Below, piece by piece: positions 1 to 10,980 of a DNA stretch of 64,000 nucleotides. The notes under the pieces were generated by a model. The model worked only from the letters and a program-made list of their open reading frames with translations, made no database searches and was not told where the DNA came from. Position numbers and translations under genes: made by a program. The number at the start of each line of letters is the position of its first letter. Positions within the stretch are counted from its first letter, which is position 1. The stretch spans positions 62,372,001-62,436,000 of the forward strand of contig NC_043003.1 in assembly GCF_006345805.1 (NCBI RefSeq), read 5' to 3'. Source of the DNA: Octopus sinensis (taxonomy: Eukaryota).

Positions 1-207
1 AAAAGTTCCTGGCTTTAAGAGTATCGGGGAAAGTCCTGGTTAGAGGCCCAGCCTTCCAAGTATTTTATCAGGGCTTAAGAAAATAAAAAGACTGCTGCAG
101 TAAGTGTGTGAATCTGAGAGGGAAATATGTTGAATAAAATCATAATAAACTGATTCTCCTGTATTTTCTTTTACCAAAAGCCAGAAACTCTTCAGCGCCC
201 TTTTGTA
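1..207 (+). mobile_element. mariner-derived MITE (left end cut by window start)
   Basis: Window starts inside a TIR (aaaagttcctggcttt) that matches the reverse complement of 177-207 (aaagccagaaactcttcagcgcccttttgta). The interior encodes CSKCVNLRGKYVE*, the typical mariner transposase C-terminus. Confidence 0.75.
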
Positions 208-1081
208 CATATGCATGCGTGTACAGTATACACCTATGTAATTGTGTCAATTAAGTCAAACCTTTTCTTGTTATCACATGATGATTGTAATTAGATGTCA
301 ATGTTACACAAGTGACATCTTCCATTTCAAATCCGCAAAAAACATGTCTGACCATGAAGAAATATTTTCTTGCTTAGAAACAGGCAATAACGACAGATAT
401 TTGACCATAGAAATTTGACTCAATATACTTTGATTGCCCCATGCAAGCATGGAAAGTGGATATTGAAATGATGTTAATGATGATGATAAAGTTCTAATCT
501 TTTATGGTAATTTCCACGAAATTTTCACAAGGGGCACGAGTCAATGCCCATATCTAAAAAGAAAGCACATACTAGAAGAGATAGTGCAGGCAAATATTGA
601 TAACAAATCACTGCACAAAATTAGCTTCTATTTGCTTAATGTAAGCTCTCGTTTTGTGATGTTTTTCGATTTTCTACTCCAAAATATGAGAAAGGTTTTT
701 TCTTCTGAAACCTTATTCTGTGAAAAAGCAAGCTGCTTTACAAGTTTGGAATAACTGCAGTAGATGAATGCAATATGAAAAATTCATAAAACTGAGTGCA
801 AAAAGCATTGCATACAAACCATCTATTACTACAAAGAGTAAAAAAAAAGAAAAAACTTTCTTTCAGTAAGAAAGCACATACTTTAAAGTCTATGAACATG
901 TTGCAAGTGAGAAATGTTATTTACAAATTAGATTTTCACTTTGAAAGGTGTAAAGTAATAAAGCCACTACTCTAGTAACCATATTGGTCATACAACTATA
1001 AGTGTCCTTGTGGCCTACTATATATGCACACATTACACACACACATGCACGTGTGTACACACACACACACACATGCATGCA

Positions 1082-1388
1082 TATGGCTCAGCAGTTAGAG
1101 GGTCACGCTCACAATCATGGGGTAGTGAGTTTGATTCCTTAACTGGGTTGTGTGTTGTGTTCTTAAGCAAGACGCTTCATTTCACATTGCTCCAGTTCAT
1201 TCAGCTGTAGAAATGGCTTACAAGGTCACTGGTACCAAGCTGCATCAGCCCCTTTGCCTTTCCCTTGGATAACATCTGTGGCATGGAGAGGAGAGGCTGA
1301 TATGCATGGGCAGCTGTTGGTCTTGTGCCTCAGAGGGTAATTTTCTAGGTGCAATCTCATGGTCATTCATGACTAAAGGGAGTCTTTA
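1082..1388 (+). mobile_element. tRNA-derived CORE-type SINE, family A
   Basis: tRNA-like head with A/B-box-like motifs, then gtgttcttaagcaagacgcttcatttcacattgctccagttcattcagctgtagaaatgg, which resembles the MIR/CORE domain. A second copy lies inverted at 20490-20820. Confidence 0.8.
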
Positions 1389-1390
1389 CT

Positions 1391-1392
<2 letters not shown>

Positions 1393-1444
<52 letters not shown>

Positions 1445-1535
1445 GTGTGTGTGTGCACGCATGTGTGTATACATACACATATATTTACATACATATATAT
1501 ATGCACACATACTTATGCATATATATATATATATA
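1393..1535. repeat. (TA)n/(TG)n compound microsatellite
   Basis: Directly visible. Confidence 0.95.
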
Positions 1536-2631
1536 CCAGATTCTATTTTCACATTTCAAGCTTTGATAAATGGTTCCAACAAATGACATGCAAAAGTATA
1601 TCCCATCAAATTCTTATTGTCTGCTGCCATCATTGTGCCAGAAGCTCAAATCCACACTTATACCATTTGGCTGGTTTGGAAGTAAAATCTCCATGCACCC
1701 ATTTTTAACCTCATCCACATTGCTGAACCTCTGTCCTTGCAAGAAATGAGCCATGGCTTAGAAAAGGTGGTTATCTGATGTTGCAAGGTCTGGACTATAA
1801 ACAGGGTGAAGTAGCACTTCCAGCTTCTCAAGTTTGTGCATAATCACATTGGCTGTGTGTGCTGGGGCTTTGTCATGCTGTAAGAGTGCATGTCTTTGAC
1901 CAATGCCAGGTAGCCAGCTTTCAAAGCATCATATATTCACTACAGTCGTTGGACGTAAAGGTTAGCGCTCACAGCATTACCACCTAGGACAAGCTCAAAG
2001 TACAACAACCTCCAAAATTCCATCAAACATGCATGACTTTCTTTGACAACAGGTTCTGAAGCCTGACAAGAAAGAAGCTACTGATTTCTCTTATAAGGAT
2101 TACAAAAATAGATCCATTTTCCATCCCCAGTTACAATGCAGTTCCTAAGTATTTGCCAACAGTTGTTTGCTAAATTTTATACATTGTTGAGCTTGGTCAT
2201 TGGACAGTTCATGAGGAGCTTCTATACAGCATCTGTTCCCAAGGCTTATGGAAATATCAATTAATGGTACTTTGTAAAGGACCAAGTTCTGCCAACAATG
2301 TATGAGTGCTTGTGTTTGGCTGTTACCTTCCTTGAGACATCTGACCCAGTTTTGGACCACATGCTCATTTACAGTTCCTGGGCCTTCCACATCATTAAAT
2401 TTCTTTTGCTGTTTCCCTTGCGCTCAGTCACTGTTTTCACAAGTTGCATAAAATGACTATTTTCAATTCTTTCACCACGCATTATCAGAGCTGTAAAATA
2501 ATTAATAAACAATTAACGTTTATATCTTGATAAACAATTCAGCAACAATTTGACTAGTTGTATCAAATTTATGATATAACATAAAGATACAAGTTCAGTG
2601 TAAATCTGAAAAAACTTTTGACTCAACCTGG
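1536..2631 (-). mobile_element. decayed mariner (DD34D) transposon
   Basis: Minus-strand fragments: GTVNEHVVQNWVRCLKEGN (HTH region), LLQHDKAP, WEVLLHPVYSPDLATSDNHLF, MAHFLQGQRFSNVDEVKN. Ends are TA-CCAG...CTGG-TA. Multiple stops and frameshifts. Confidence 0.85.
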
Positions 2632-2649
2632 TATACATATTTGTAGATG

Positions 2650-3440
2650 TATTCATATACAAAATAATGGAAACACCTTAAAATTTCAAACAAATTATTT
2701 TAATATAGGGTAGGACTACCTTTGGAAGTAATTACAGCTTGAATTCTATGAGGTATGGACTTGTACAAAGTTTGAGTTTTTTCCAAAGGAATTTTTATCT
2801 ATTCTTCAGCTAAAACAGTCTCCAGTTCTTATAGTGATGATGGTGAAGGATATCGACTCCTTACCTGTTTTTCTAAAATGCACCATAAATGTTCAATAAT
2901 ACTGAGATCTAAGGACTGTGGTGGCCAGATAAGATGTTCAACTTCACTAGAATGTTCCTCGTGCCATTCAGTGACAATTTTAGCTGTGTGAATTGGTGCA
3001 TGATATTTGGTTTTGTGCAGCTCCTGACAAACAGTTTTTGTGGAAATTAGGAAGCTGAGGGGTTCATTAAGGTCTGCAGTAATTTTGGGAGCAGTACTTT
3101 TGTGTTCCTTTCAAACAATTCGCATAAGAGTCCGACTGTCCCTATCTAAAAGTTTTGACTTTCTTCTGGAGTTTTGTTTTGATGAGGCAGTTTTTTCCTC
3201 TTTTTCAAAGGCTGTCATTACTTTTGAGGCAGTACTTCTTGATACACCAAACAGTTTGGCTGCTTTCATTATGCTAGCACCTGCCATACGAGCACCAACA
3301 ATTTGACCTCTTTGAAAGTCCGATAGAGCTGTCATTTTAATGAATTTTAATTACCTTTTTCTTTCTTTTCTACTATTTTATTCTCTTCTATTTACTCTAT
3401 ATCGTTTCAACATTTCTCCCAGGTGTTACCTATTACAATG
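2650..3440 (-). mobile_element. internally deleted Tc1 (DD34E) transposon
   Basis: N-terminus MTALSDFQRGQIVGARMAGASIMKAAKLFGVSRSTASKV (3335-3111). C-terminus IWPPQSLDLSIIEHLWCILEKQVRSRYP...IQAVITSKGSPTLY*. The two are fused at ...ELHKTKYH|APIHTAK near 3000, removing both catalytic Asp. Degenerate TIR aataatggaaacacc / aataggtaacacc. Confidence 0.9.
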
Positions 3441-3801
3441 CATCTTGGCCTAATGGTCATTAATGTTTGTCTTTATTGTTTACTCTGTGCATCCACTCTG
3501 TCATTTTTTGTTCTTTCAAAGCTCTAACTCTCCACAAATTTTATATTTAAAAATTTCTGGATGCTGTTGTTTTATGAGAGTTTCCTATCTTGTCGTTGAA
3601 AGCTCAAAATGGGAAGTAATTAATAGTCGGCAACTGAGGAAGGGGTTAGGCTTCTTTTTGTATTTTGTCCCGTACTTGTCTCTCATTATGTGTTTATGTA
3701 AGTTTCACTCATTGGTGATGTCCTGTACTTGATGTATGTTATATTTATTTATTTATTTATAATCAAACCCCATGCAGCCTTGTCCACGTCAAGTTTTTAC
3801 T

Positions 3802-3802
<1 letters not shown>

Positions 3803-3872
<70 letters not shown>
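3803..3872. repeat. (TA)n microsatellite
   Basis: Directly visible. Confidence 0.95.
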
Positions 3873-4352
3873 GGTAAGAAGCTTATTACCCAACCACATG
3901 GTTCTGAGTTTGGTCTTGCTGCATGGAATCTTGGGCAAGTGTCTTCTACTATAGCCTCAGGCCAACCACAGCCATGTGAGTGGATTTGGTAGATGGAATC
4001 TGAAACAAGCCTGTCATATATATATATATATATATATATATAAATCTTTTATCTTGTACAAGTTTCAGTCATTAGATTGTAGCCATGTTGGGGCACTACC
4101 TTGATATGTGATATATGTATATATTTATGTGTGTGTGTCTTTGTGTCTGTGTTTGTCCTCCATCACCACTTGACAACTGGTGTTGGTGCATTTACAGCCC
4201 CATAACTTAGCAGCTCAGCAAAAGAGACTGATAGTATAAGTGTCAGGTTTTAAAAAAGAAAGTCCTGGTATTGAATTGTTCAATCAAAACCTCTCAAATC
4301 AGTGCCTCAGCATGACTGTAGTCAAAATGTCTGAAAGAAGTAAAAGATAAAA
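3873..4352 (+). mobile_element. tRNA-derived SINE, family B (~450 bp, internal TA/TG microsatellite)
   Basis: Head ggtaagaagcttattacccaaccacatggttctgagtt, CORE-like ttgggcaagtgtcttctactatagcc, tail ...gaagtaaaagataaaag. Homologous to 7786-8170, 33295-33430 and 36900-37085. Confidence 0.8.
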
Positions 4353-4368
4353 GTTATATATATATGTA

Positions 4369-5190
4369 CAAGGTGCAGTGGATAAATTGACACCATTTTA
4401 TATTTCTAATTTCATGCATGTGCATTGTTTGTTTTTGTTTTGTCAACTACACAGTATAATGGGTTGGTTGGGCATCGTCTATGAAGAAAACAGCACCATG
4501 ACACAATTCTGCCAGAAATTTGGAAGCAGCATGCTGTACTGCTTGACATTCACATTGGAAACTCGGTACATGTCTGAGGACATGTATCGAGAGTGATAAA
4601 AATCAAACATCCATGGTGTTTGGAGTGATCACCAGTAGTGATGATGTTATGTCTCCATTCATCTTCCCACATGGCTTCACACAGAGGCCTACATCAAGTG
4701 CTTGGAGGAAGTAGTACTGCCCTGGGTGAAGAGAGTGGCTGCTGGAAGATCCTATATCTGGCAACAAGACTCTGCACCATGCTACACAAGTACGAGAACC
4801 CAATCATGGCTGTCAAACAATTTCTGCGACCACATCATCCTTGACATCTGGCCACCTAACTCCTCATATTGCAACCCTATTGATTATTATGTGTGGGTCA
4901 CAATTGAGCAAGAGCCCAATAAAACTCCTTGTAACATCAAAGATTAACTAAAGGCAAGGATTGTGGCAGCATTTACCAACTTAAACAATACCGTCCCGAA
5001 GATTTGCAGGAGATTCCAAAGTTGTCTGTAGGCCCTGATTGAAGCCAATGGCAATTTTGTTGAACAAATTTACTCTTTAGTATTTCAAGTTATTTTTATG
5101 TAGTTTTGGTAAATATATCTTTTAAAATGAGATGTCAGTGTTACTTTCATTTTTGTGTAATTTAGATGACAGTTTATACACTACACCCTG
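4369..5190 (+). mobile_element. internally deleted maT (DD37D) transposon
   Basis: TA-flanked ~26-bp TIRs (caaggtgcagtggataaattgacacc versus reverse complement cagggtgtagtgtataaactgtcatc). Residual transposase ...LEEVVLPWVKRVAAGRSYIWQQDSAP...WPPNSSYCNPIDY, with 37 residues counted between the last two Asp. Confidence 0.88.
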
Positions 5191-6299
5191 TATATACCTT
5201 CATTCAGTTTATGTACACAAAAAGTGAATATTAATTGACTCACTACATCTGAAACTGAATATGGTTGACATCTCTTCTGATAAAATTTAAAGTTGTTATC
5301 AGAAAAATACATATACATAAACACACTCAATTTGATTTTTTGAAAATTGAAGTTGTCAGGCACTCAACGTTGGCCATCTTTGTTTCAGTTAAATTTGGCT
5401 GTATTTTTTTATGCCAATTAGTATAATGATTGTTTTGCCAAGGTTTCTATCAGCCAAAGACCTATTTCATATAGTGAAACAAATCATACATGTAAGTTTC
5501 TGATAAATTTAGCACTATAGATGTTCACTAAGAAGGGGAAAAAATCTGAAAGTAATCGGAATATTATTCTTTTAGATGTTAAAGGATTGAAAGATCTGAT
5601 ACAGCGATTAAAAAGTAAAAGGATTTGAAATCTATTAAGATGCTGACCAAGAAAGAAAATTATTAATAGCTCTCTACCTCTCTAAACAGACAACTTTATA
5701 GACATTTCGTTGAACAAATTGGCTGAATAAATACTGTTATCTGATTAATAGTTGTCATGGTAAAAACAGATTAAACAAGTTGGTAGACAGAGCAGTATCA
5801 GCAAACTAACGAGAAGGAAGATAACACTAAATACTATTACATCTACTTTTGATATTTTCATATTTTTGTCTGGCTCTTTTAGTTCTATCAGATACACTTT
5901 GATTTGCAAGTAATAATTATTGTATATATAATAAATATACATTTAAATGTACTAAAATGAAAATAATTTACTAGCTGAATATATCTTGTATATAGTCTTC
6001 TATATCTATATTCAAACATCAATTATCTTTATTCTTTCATTCTCAGTATGTTGGGACTTTTAAATATGTATTTTCAATACTTGCATTTGACATGAAATGC
6101 ACTTCATATTTAATTTTTATCTTTAGGGTCAACAGAACAAGAAGTAGGGTTTTTTACTCATATTAAATATTCATTCTTGCTTATAAAGACATGATTATAA
6201 TATAGTTATTGGAGAGAATTAAATGAATATTGAAAGACATCCCTTTCAGAAATGTTATCTTAAAGCTTAAAGATATTATTTATAAGCTCATAACTTGCA

Positions 6300-6720
6300 T
6301 CACATCATTGGCACTTTGAACATAATACAATTTACACTTTTGTTATATTGATGCCTGTCATAATATTCTCACAGCATTGTAATTCTAATTTTAGTTCTTG
6401 TGTTTATAGCATCAATGATACCTAACATATTCATTGATGATCAACTACACTATGTAGAACCCTATCAAAATCTTTTGCCAGGTCAGTATACAACCAGCTG
6501 ATTATTATTTGTATGTCTGCATCATTGTGAATACACCTTTCTAGAAGGAATCTTTATTAAAGTGTATAGCAAAAGTTATCTTAGTCATCACCTTGTCAAT
6601 AACTTCTACAGTTGTTTCTAGAGAAAACAAATTACCTACATAGTGAATATTGTACTTATTCTTGCATGTTATTTTTTTTTATATAACTTGTCTGTAATAT
6701 CATTATTTGGCTTAATCTTT
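6300..6720 (-). mobile_element. very old LINE reverse-transcriptase remnant (CR1/Jockey group)
   Basis: Minus-strand translation ...YTDLAKDFDRVLH resembles the RT motif YTDFSKAFDRVxH. The rest is heavily decayed and the boundaries are uncertain. Confidence 0.4.
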
Positions 6721-7785
6721 AATCTTTAAAACATGAAATAGTTACTAATTTTGATGACATGCTCAGTGGGAACATCTTACCTAATGTTTTAGCTTCATAA
6801 CATTTGTAACTAGATTTATATCCAGTGGAATCATTTTTGAAATTCTGCAACTATGCCCCTAGAAACCTGTCAGTTATGCTATATTCATATTAGTAATTGT
6901 AATATTCACATATGCTTTACCACTTTGGGTCAACAGTTTTTGTTGGAAAGTATGACTTATATGAATGTTTATGATCTTAGTGTTATTCTTTATATGTCAG
7001 CATTATAATGAATAAACTTTTCCTGAATGACATCTTATTAAATTATCACTCTACATAGCAAAATTTCTTTGGTTATCTCTAAAATATTTCCCAACTTAAC
7101 TCTTATAGTTTTTTTTCCAGCTAACTTAATTTACTATGTCTTCCATTGAAGACTTTCTTAATTCCAACACTGTTCTCTTTATCATAATATCCTATCATGA
7201 TTTTTATTGCATTGCAGAGCCTTTAATCTCATCATATTTTATTATTGTCTTGTTCTTTTTAAGTTGGTTTTTCCCTACCCCAAACTGAGATTGTTTTAAA
7301 ATTTCAAACTTTTCTGTTTCTCTTCTATACTTTTTCACAGAACCCACCACATCTCACACTTGGATTCTTTTGTATTCTTCACCATTTGTTTATTTTGTAT
7401 CATAGCAGAGTCAGAAATATATTTCTTGTCTTTATTTTTAGCAGTGTCATGTTGCCAATAACTGCATTTTTCAATTCACTCATTCTACATTCCTATCGAA
7501 TAGACTAAACAAAGTTTCATTTCTTCAAAATATGCGGAAGACATTGTAAGTGAGAAGTGTCAATTATTTTAATGAAAACACGATTAGAACCTAGTTAATC
7601 TAATTTCATTTGTATCTAACTATTAGGTCACTCATTAATCAACTGCTTTTCTTAATTATTTGTTACAACCCATGGCTGTGGGGCTAAGAAGTTTATTTTA
7701 CTACTGCATTGTCTAAAGTTCAACCTCTCCACAGTTAACTTCTAGCATACTGGTTGAAAGCCCATTGCTTTTATATATATGTGTT

Positions 7786-8170
7786 GCAGTGTGGTAAGAA
7801 ACTTGCTTCTCAGCAACATAGTTCTGGGTTCAATCCCATCATGTAGCACTCAGAACAAAAGCCTTCTGCTGTTTTCTCAGGCTGAATAAAGCCTTGTAAG
7901 TGGATTTGGTAGATGAAAACTGAAAGTAGCCCAGTATGTGTGTGTGTGTGCCTTTGTGTCTGTGTTTGTCACCAACCACTGCTTGACATCCAGTGTTCGT
8001 GTGTTTACATCCCTGTAATGTAGTGGTTCAGCAAAAGGAATCAATAGAGTAAGTACCAGGCTTAAAATAAAAAGTACTGGGGTCAATTAATTCGACTAAA
8101 AATGACTTCAGGGTGGTGCACCAGCTTGGCCATAGTCTGGTGACTGAAACAAGTAAAAGATAAAGGATAA
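7786..8170 (+). mobile_element. SINE family B
   Basis: Homologous to 3873-4352 over head, body and the gactgaaacaagtaaaagataaa tail. Confidence 0.8.
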
Positions 8171-9144
8171 AAATATATGTAATATATATATGTAATTGAG
8201 AATGCAAGGGCACATATATGTGTGTGCTTTTAGCTGATATATAATGATTAAGACAAGATACATTAATGAAAAATTTGAAAACATTTTGCTCGAAAGAAAT
8301 GTCCTATATTTGTTCTACATGAAGGTACATACACTTCCTTGTCCCTTTCACTGCCAGAAAGAAACAATAATTGCCCCATTGGAAAACCTGCAACTAATGG
8401 CACCGTTGTAAACTAATTGTGCTATAAATGATTTTAAAAATTGAATAAAACTTGTAATTCAGCTACAATTTCCAGTAATATATGCATTTCAAGCCAATCT
8501 ATGTATAACTATAGAACAATGAAGCTTATGCCCTTCATTGCAAAATTAATAATGCAAAGAGTTTTAAAATAATAACTGCTTAATATTTCACCTAATAAAA
8601 TATTTACAATGTGCTATGCTTGCTCGTACAGTAGTTGGTCAAATGATTTCTGACACAATAAATCATATATAGGAAGAATATCTACACACGTGCATGATGC
8701 AAGTAAAAATAACATGATTATACAGCAAGAAGCCATGTCCATACACATATCAAAATACACAATATAAAATGGATTTTCTAACAAGTGCACATTATGTGTG
8801 TTTGTGTATATACATATGTATATGTATGCATGTATGTATGTATGTATGTATGCGTATATAAATATATATATATGAATATGCGCATATTTTTTTATGTACA
8901 CACAAAGGTAGAAAAAAATATTGCAAGATCATTATTAAGAATTCCTATCAAAACTACACATATGTATAACTTTCTTTCTGTCCAAAATGATAAAAGGAAA
9001 ACCTTATACATGCAAAATATGACACCTGAAGGCAATGAGGGAAATCACTGATAAAAAAAAATTATAGAAAAAGCATCTCCAATTAAGATAACTCCAAGAA
9101 CCAACCTATTGATATATATATATATATATATATCATCATGATAT

Positions 9145-9193
<49 letters not shown>

Positions 9194-9469
9194 AAGTTTA
9201 TTCATCATAAGGATCAATGGAAGTGGAGTTTTTTCCCCTTTATTTTTAACATATTTACTTGATTTATTCATCTTTTGTGAAGCTTCTTTCTAACCTGCTG
9301 AAAGTATGCATATTTTTCTCATTTTCAATAACGAGAAGATTTCAAATGGAATTAGTCGCCATCCAACCTTTTTCCCATTAACTCATAAAAACAGTTATTT
9401 ACAAACAATGTTTTTAACAAGTGTACTATTGTTTACCACACTAACAAAATAACAGATTGTCGATGAGCT

Positions 9470-9620
9470 GACAGAATCATTAGAGTCTCAGAAAAAATGC
9501 TTTATAGCATCCATTTCAACCCTTTATGATTTGAGTTCAATTCCTGACAAGTTCAGCTGTGTCTTTCATCCTTTCAGGACTTCATAAAATAGATACCAGT
9601 CAAGAACTGGAACTGAGGTA
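9470..9620 (+). mobile_element. SINE family C (decayed)
   Basis: gagctgacagaatcattag...tgagttcaattcct...ctttcatcctttcagg...ataccag matches the well-preserved copy at 52570-52781. Confidence 0.65.
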
Positions 9621-9644
9621 ATTTGTTAAACTCCATAACAATCA

Positions 9645-9900
9645 TCATCATCATCATCATCATTTAATGTCTGTTTTTCATGCTGGCTTGGGATGGACAG
9701 TTTGACAAGAGCTGGCAACACAGAAGACTGCCCTAGGCTTCACTGTTTGTTTTGGCAGGGGTTTTACAGGTTGATGCCCTTCCTAACACTAACCACTTTA
9801 CAAAACGAACTGAGTGCTTTTTACAGCACCAGCGAGGCTTGTTTTAGCATGGTTTCTACAGCTGGATGTCTTTCCAAACACCATGTAGATTAGATGCACC
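9645..9900 (-). mobile_element. RTE LINE 3' tail (5'-truncated copy or tail-sharing SINE)
   Basis: (CAT)n followed by ttaatgtctgtttttcatgctggcttgggatggac...gatgcccttcctaacac. Same sequence as the 3' UTR of the RTE at 43802-44315. Confidence 0.75.
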
Positions 9901-10084
9901 AGCACTGGTGGGGTCACCAAGTAACTTGGTGAGAGGGGTGGGGCATTGGAATTAGTGGCTTTGTGCCAGGTAATGAGAAATTAGAGTGTGACAGAGGGAC
10001 AGGAACAGGTGTCTTGCTATGGAGGAGATACATGGTTACCCAGTCAGAGGAAGAGAACAAGAGAGAGTAATGTAGGGTAGTGGA

Positions 10085-10515
10085 TAGTGCTAGACAAAAT
10101 GCCTCACTGTATGGTCCTTCACAGACTCATTTCAAATCCCACTAGGATCTACTTTGTCTTTCACACCCCACTCCCTGAGTTCATCATCATCATCATCATC
10201 GTTTAACGTCCGTTTTCCATGCTAGCATGGGTTGGACGGTTCAACTGGGGTCTGGGGAGCCAGTAGGCTGTGCCAGGCCCAGTCTGATCTGGCAGTGTTT
10301 CTACAACTGGATGCCCTTCCTAACGCCAACCACTCTGTGAGTGTAGTGGGTGCTTTTTACGTGCCACCTGCACAGGTGCCAGACGAGGCTGGCAAACGGC
10401 CACGATTGAATGGTGCCTTTTACGTGCCACCGGCACAGGTACTGGTATTGATTTAATGAACCATCTCCCTCCTCTAAATATCTAGACTTGTACCTATGTG
10501 AGAGACAATTATTAT
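10085..10515 (+). mobile_element. SINE family C interrupted by an RTE tail
   Basis: Head ttcaaatcccactaggatctactttgtctttca (10133-10165). The SINE resumes at tactggtattgatttaatg...cttgtacctatgtgagagacaattatt after the insert. Confidence 0.6.
10180..10440 (-). mobile_element. RTE LINE 3' tail, relatively young
   Basis: (CAT)n cgtttaacgtccgttttccatgctagcatgggttggacgg... with the repeated tttacgtgccacc(t/g)gcac subunit. CpGs are retained. Confidence 0.85.
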
Positions 10516-10789
10516 TCCAATAATGGTATTGATGTGACTTGGAATTCCAAGCACCAGACTAAATGCATCTCTGTAGGTTTGTGCCTTCAGGGTCTTAGTT
10601 TGAATCTACTCTGGCTAGGATTTTATCTGTCTGTGATTTTGTCTTTTATTTGATTGATAAAACAAATGTCAGTCACCAGGAAGATCAGTTTTATTGACAA
10701 TAATTTTTCACTCCAAAGGTTTGATTTATGCCAGTGTTAGAAATCCATACTTTTACTAATGTAATCAAGAAAAATATGTGCACTTTTAC

Positions 10790-10980
10790 AGGGCTGCTTA
10801 ACTTTCTTGAAATAGCAGCCAAATTCTCTCCTACTCTTCTACTGTCCTAAAAAAACTATATATTAGATAATGTAGTCCTACTTTCTTCTAAAAAGACAAG
10901 ATTACCAAAGCTGTAATGCCTTTGATATAACCTATATCTGATCAACAACAAAAAGAAAAGGTCTGTTGGGTCAAAATTAG
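10790..10980 (-). repeat. unclassified interspersed repeat
   Basis: aaatagcagccaaattctc...ggataatgtagtcc-like block...tgcctttgat. Related to 23950-24140 and 50085-50275 in opposite orientation. Confidence 0.5.

Noticed and set aside
1082-1150. tRNA-like heads here and in the other SINEs as tRNA genes
   Set aside because: No complete cloverleaf could be folded, and each continues into a shared SINE body.
1010-1708. Track ORFs rich in Y/I/H/T/C/V (also 3729-3992, 8614-9051, 20726-21127, 53163-53604, 63082-63897)
   Set aside because: They are translations of (TA)n, (TG)n and (CATA)n microsatellites and SINEs.
5745-5942. ORF with a hydrophobic stretch (VIVFSVIFLLVSLLILLCLPTCLIC)
   Set aside because: Short and AT-rich, with no splice or homology support. 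It lies beside decayed LINE sequence, and hydrophobic runs arise readily from T-rich DNA.
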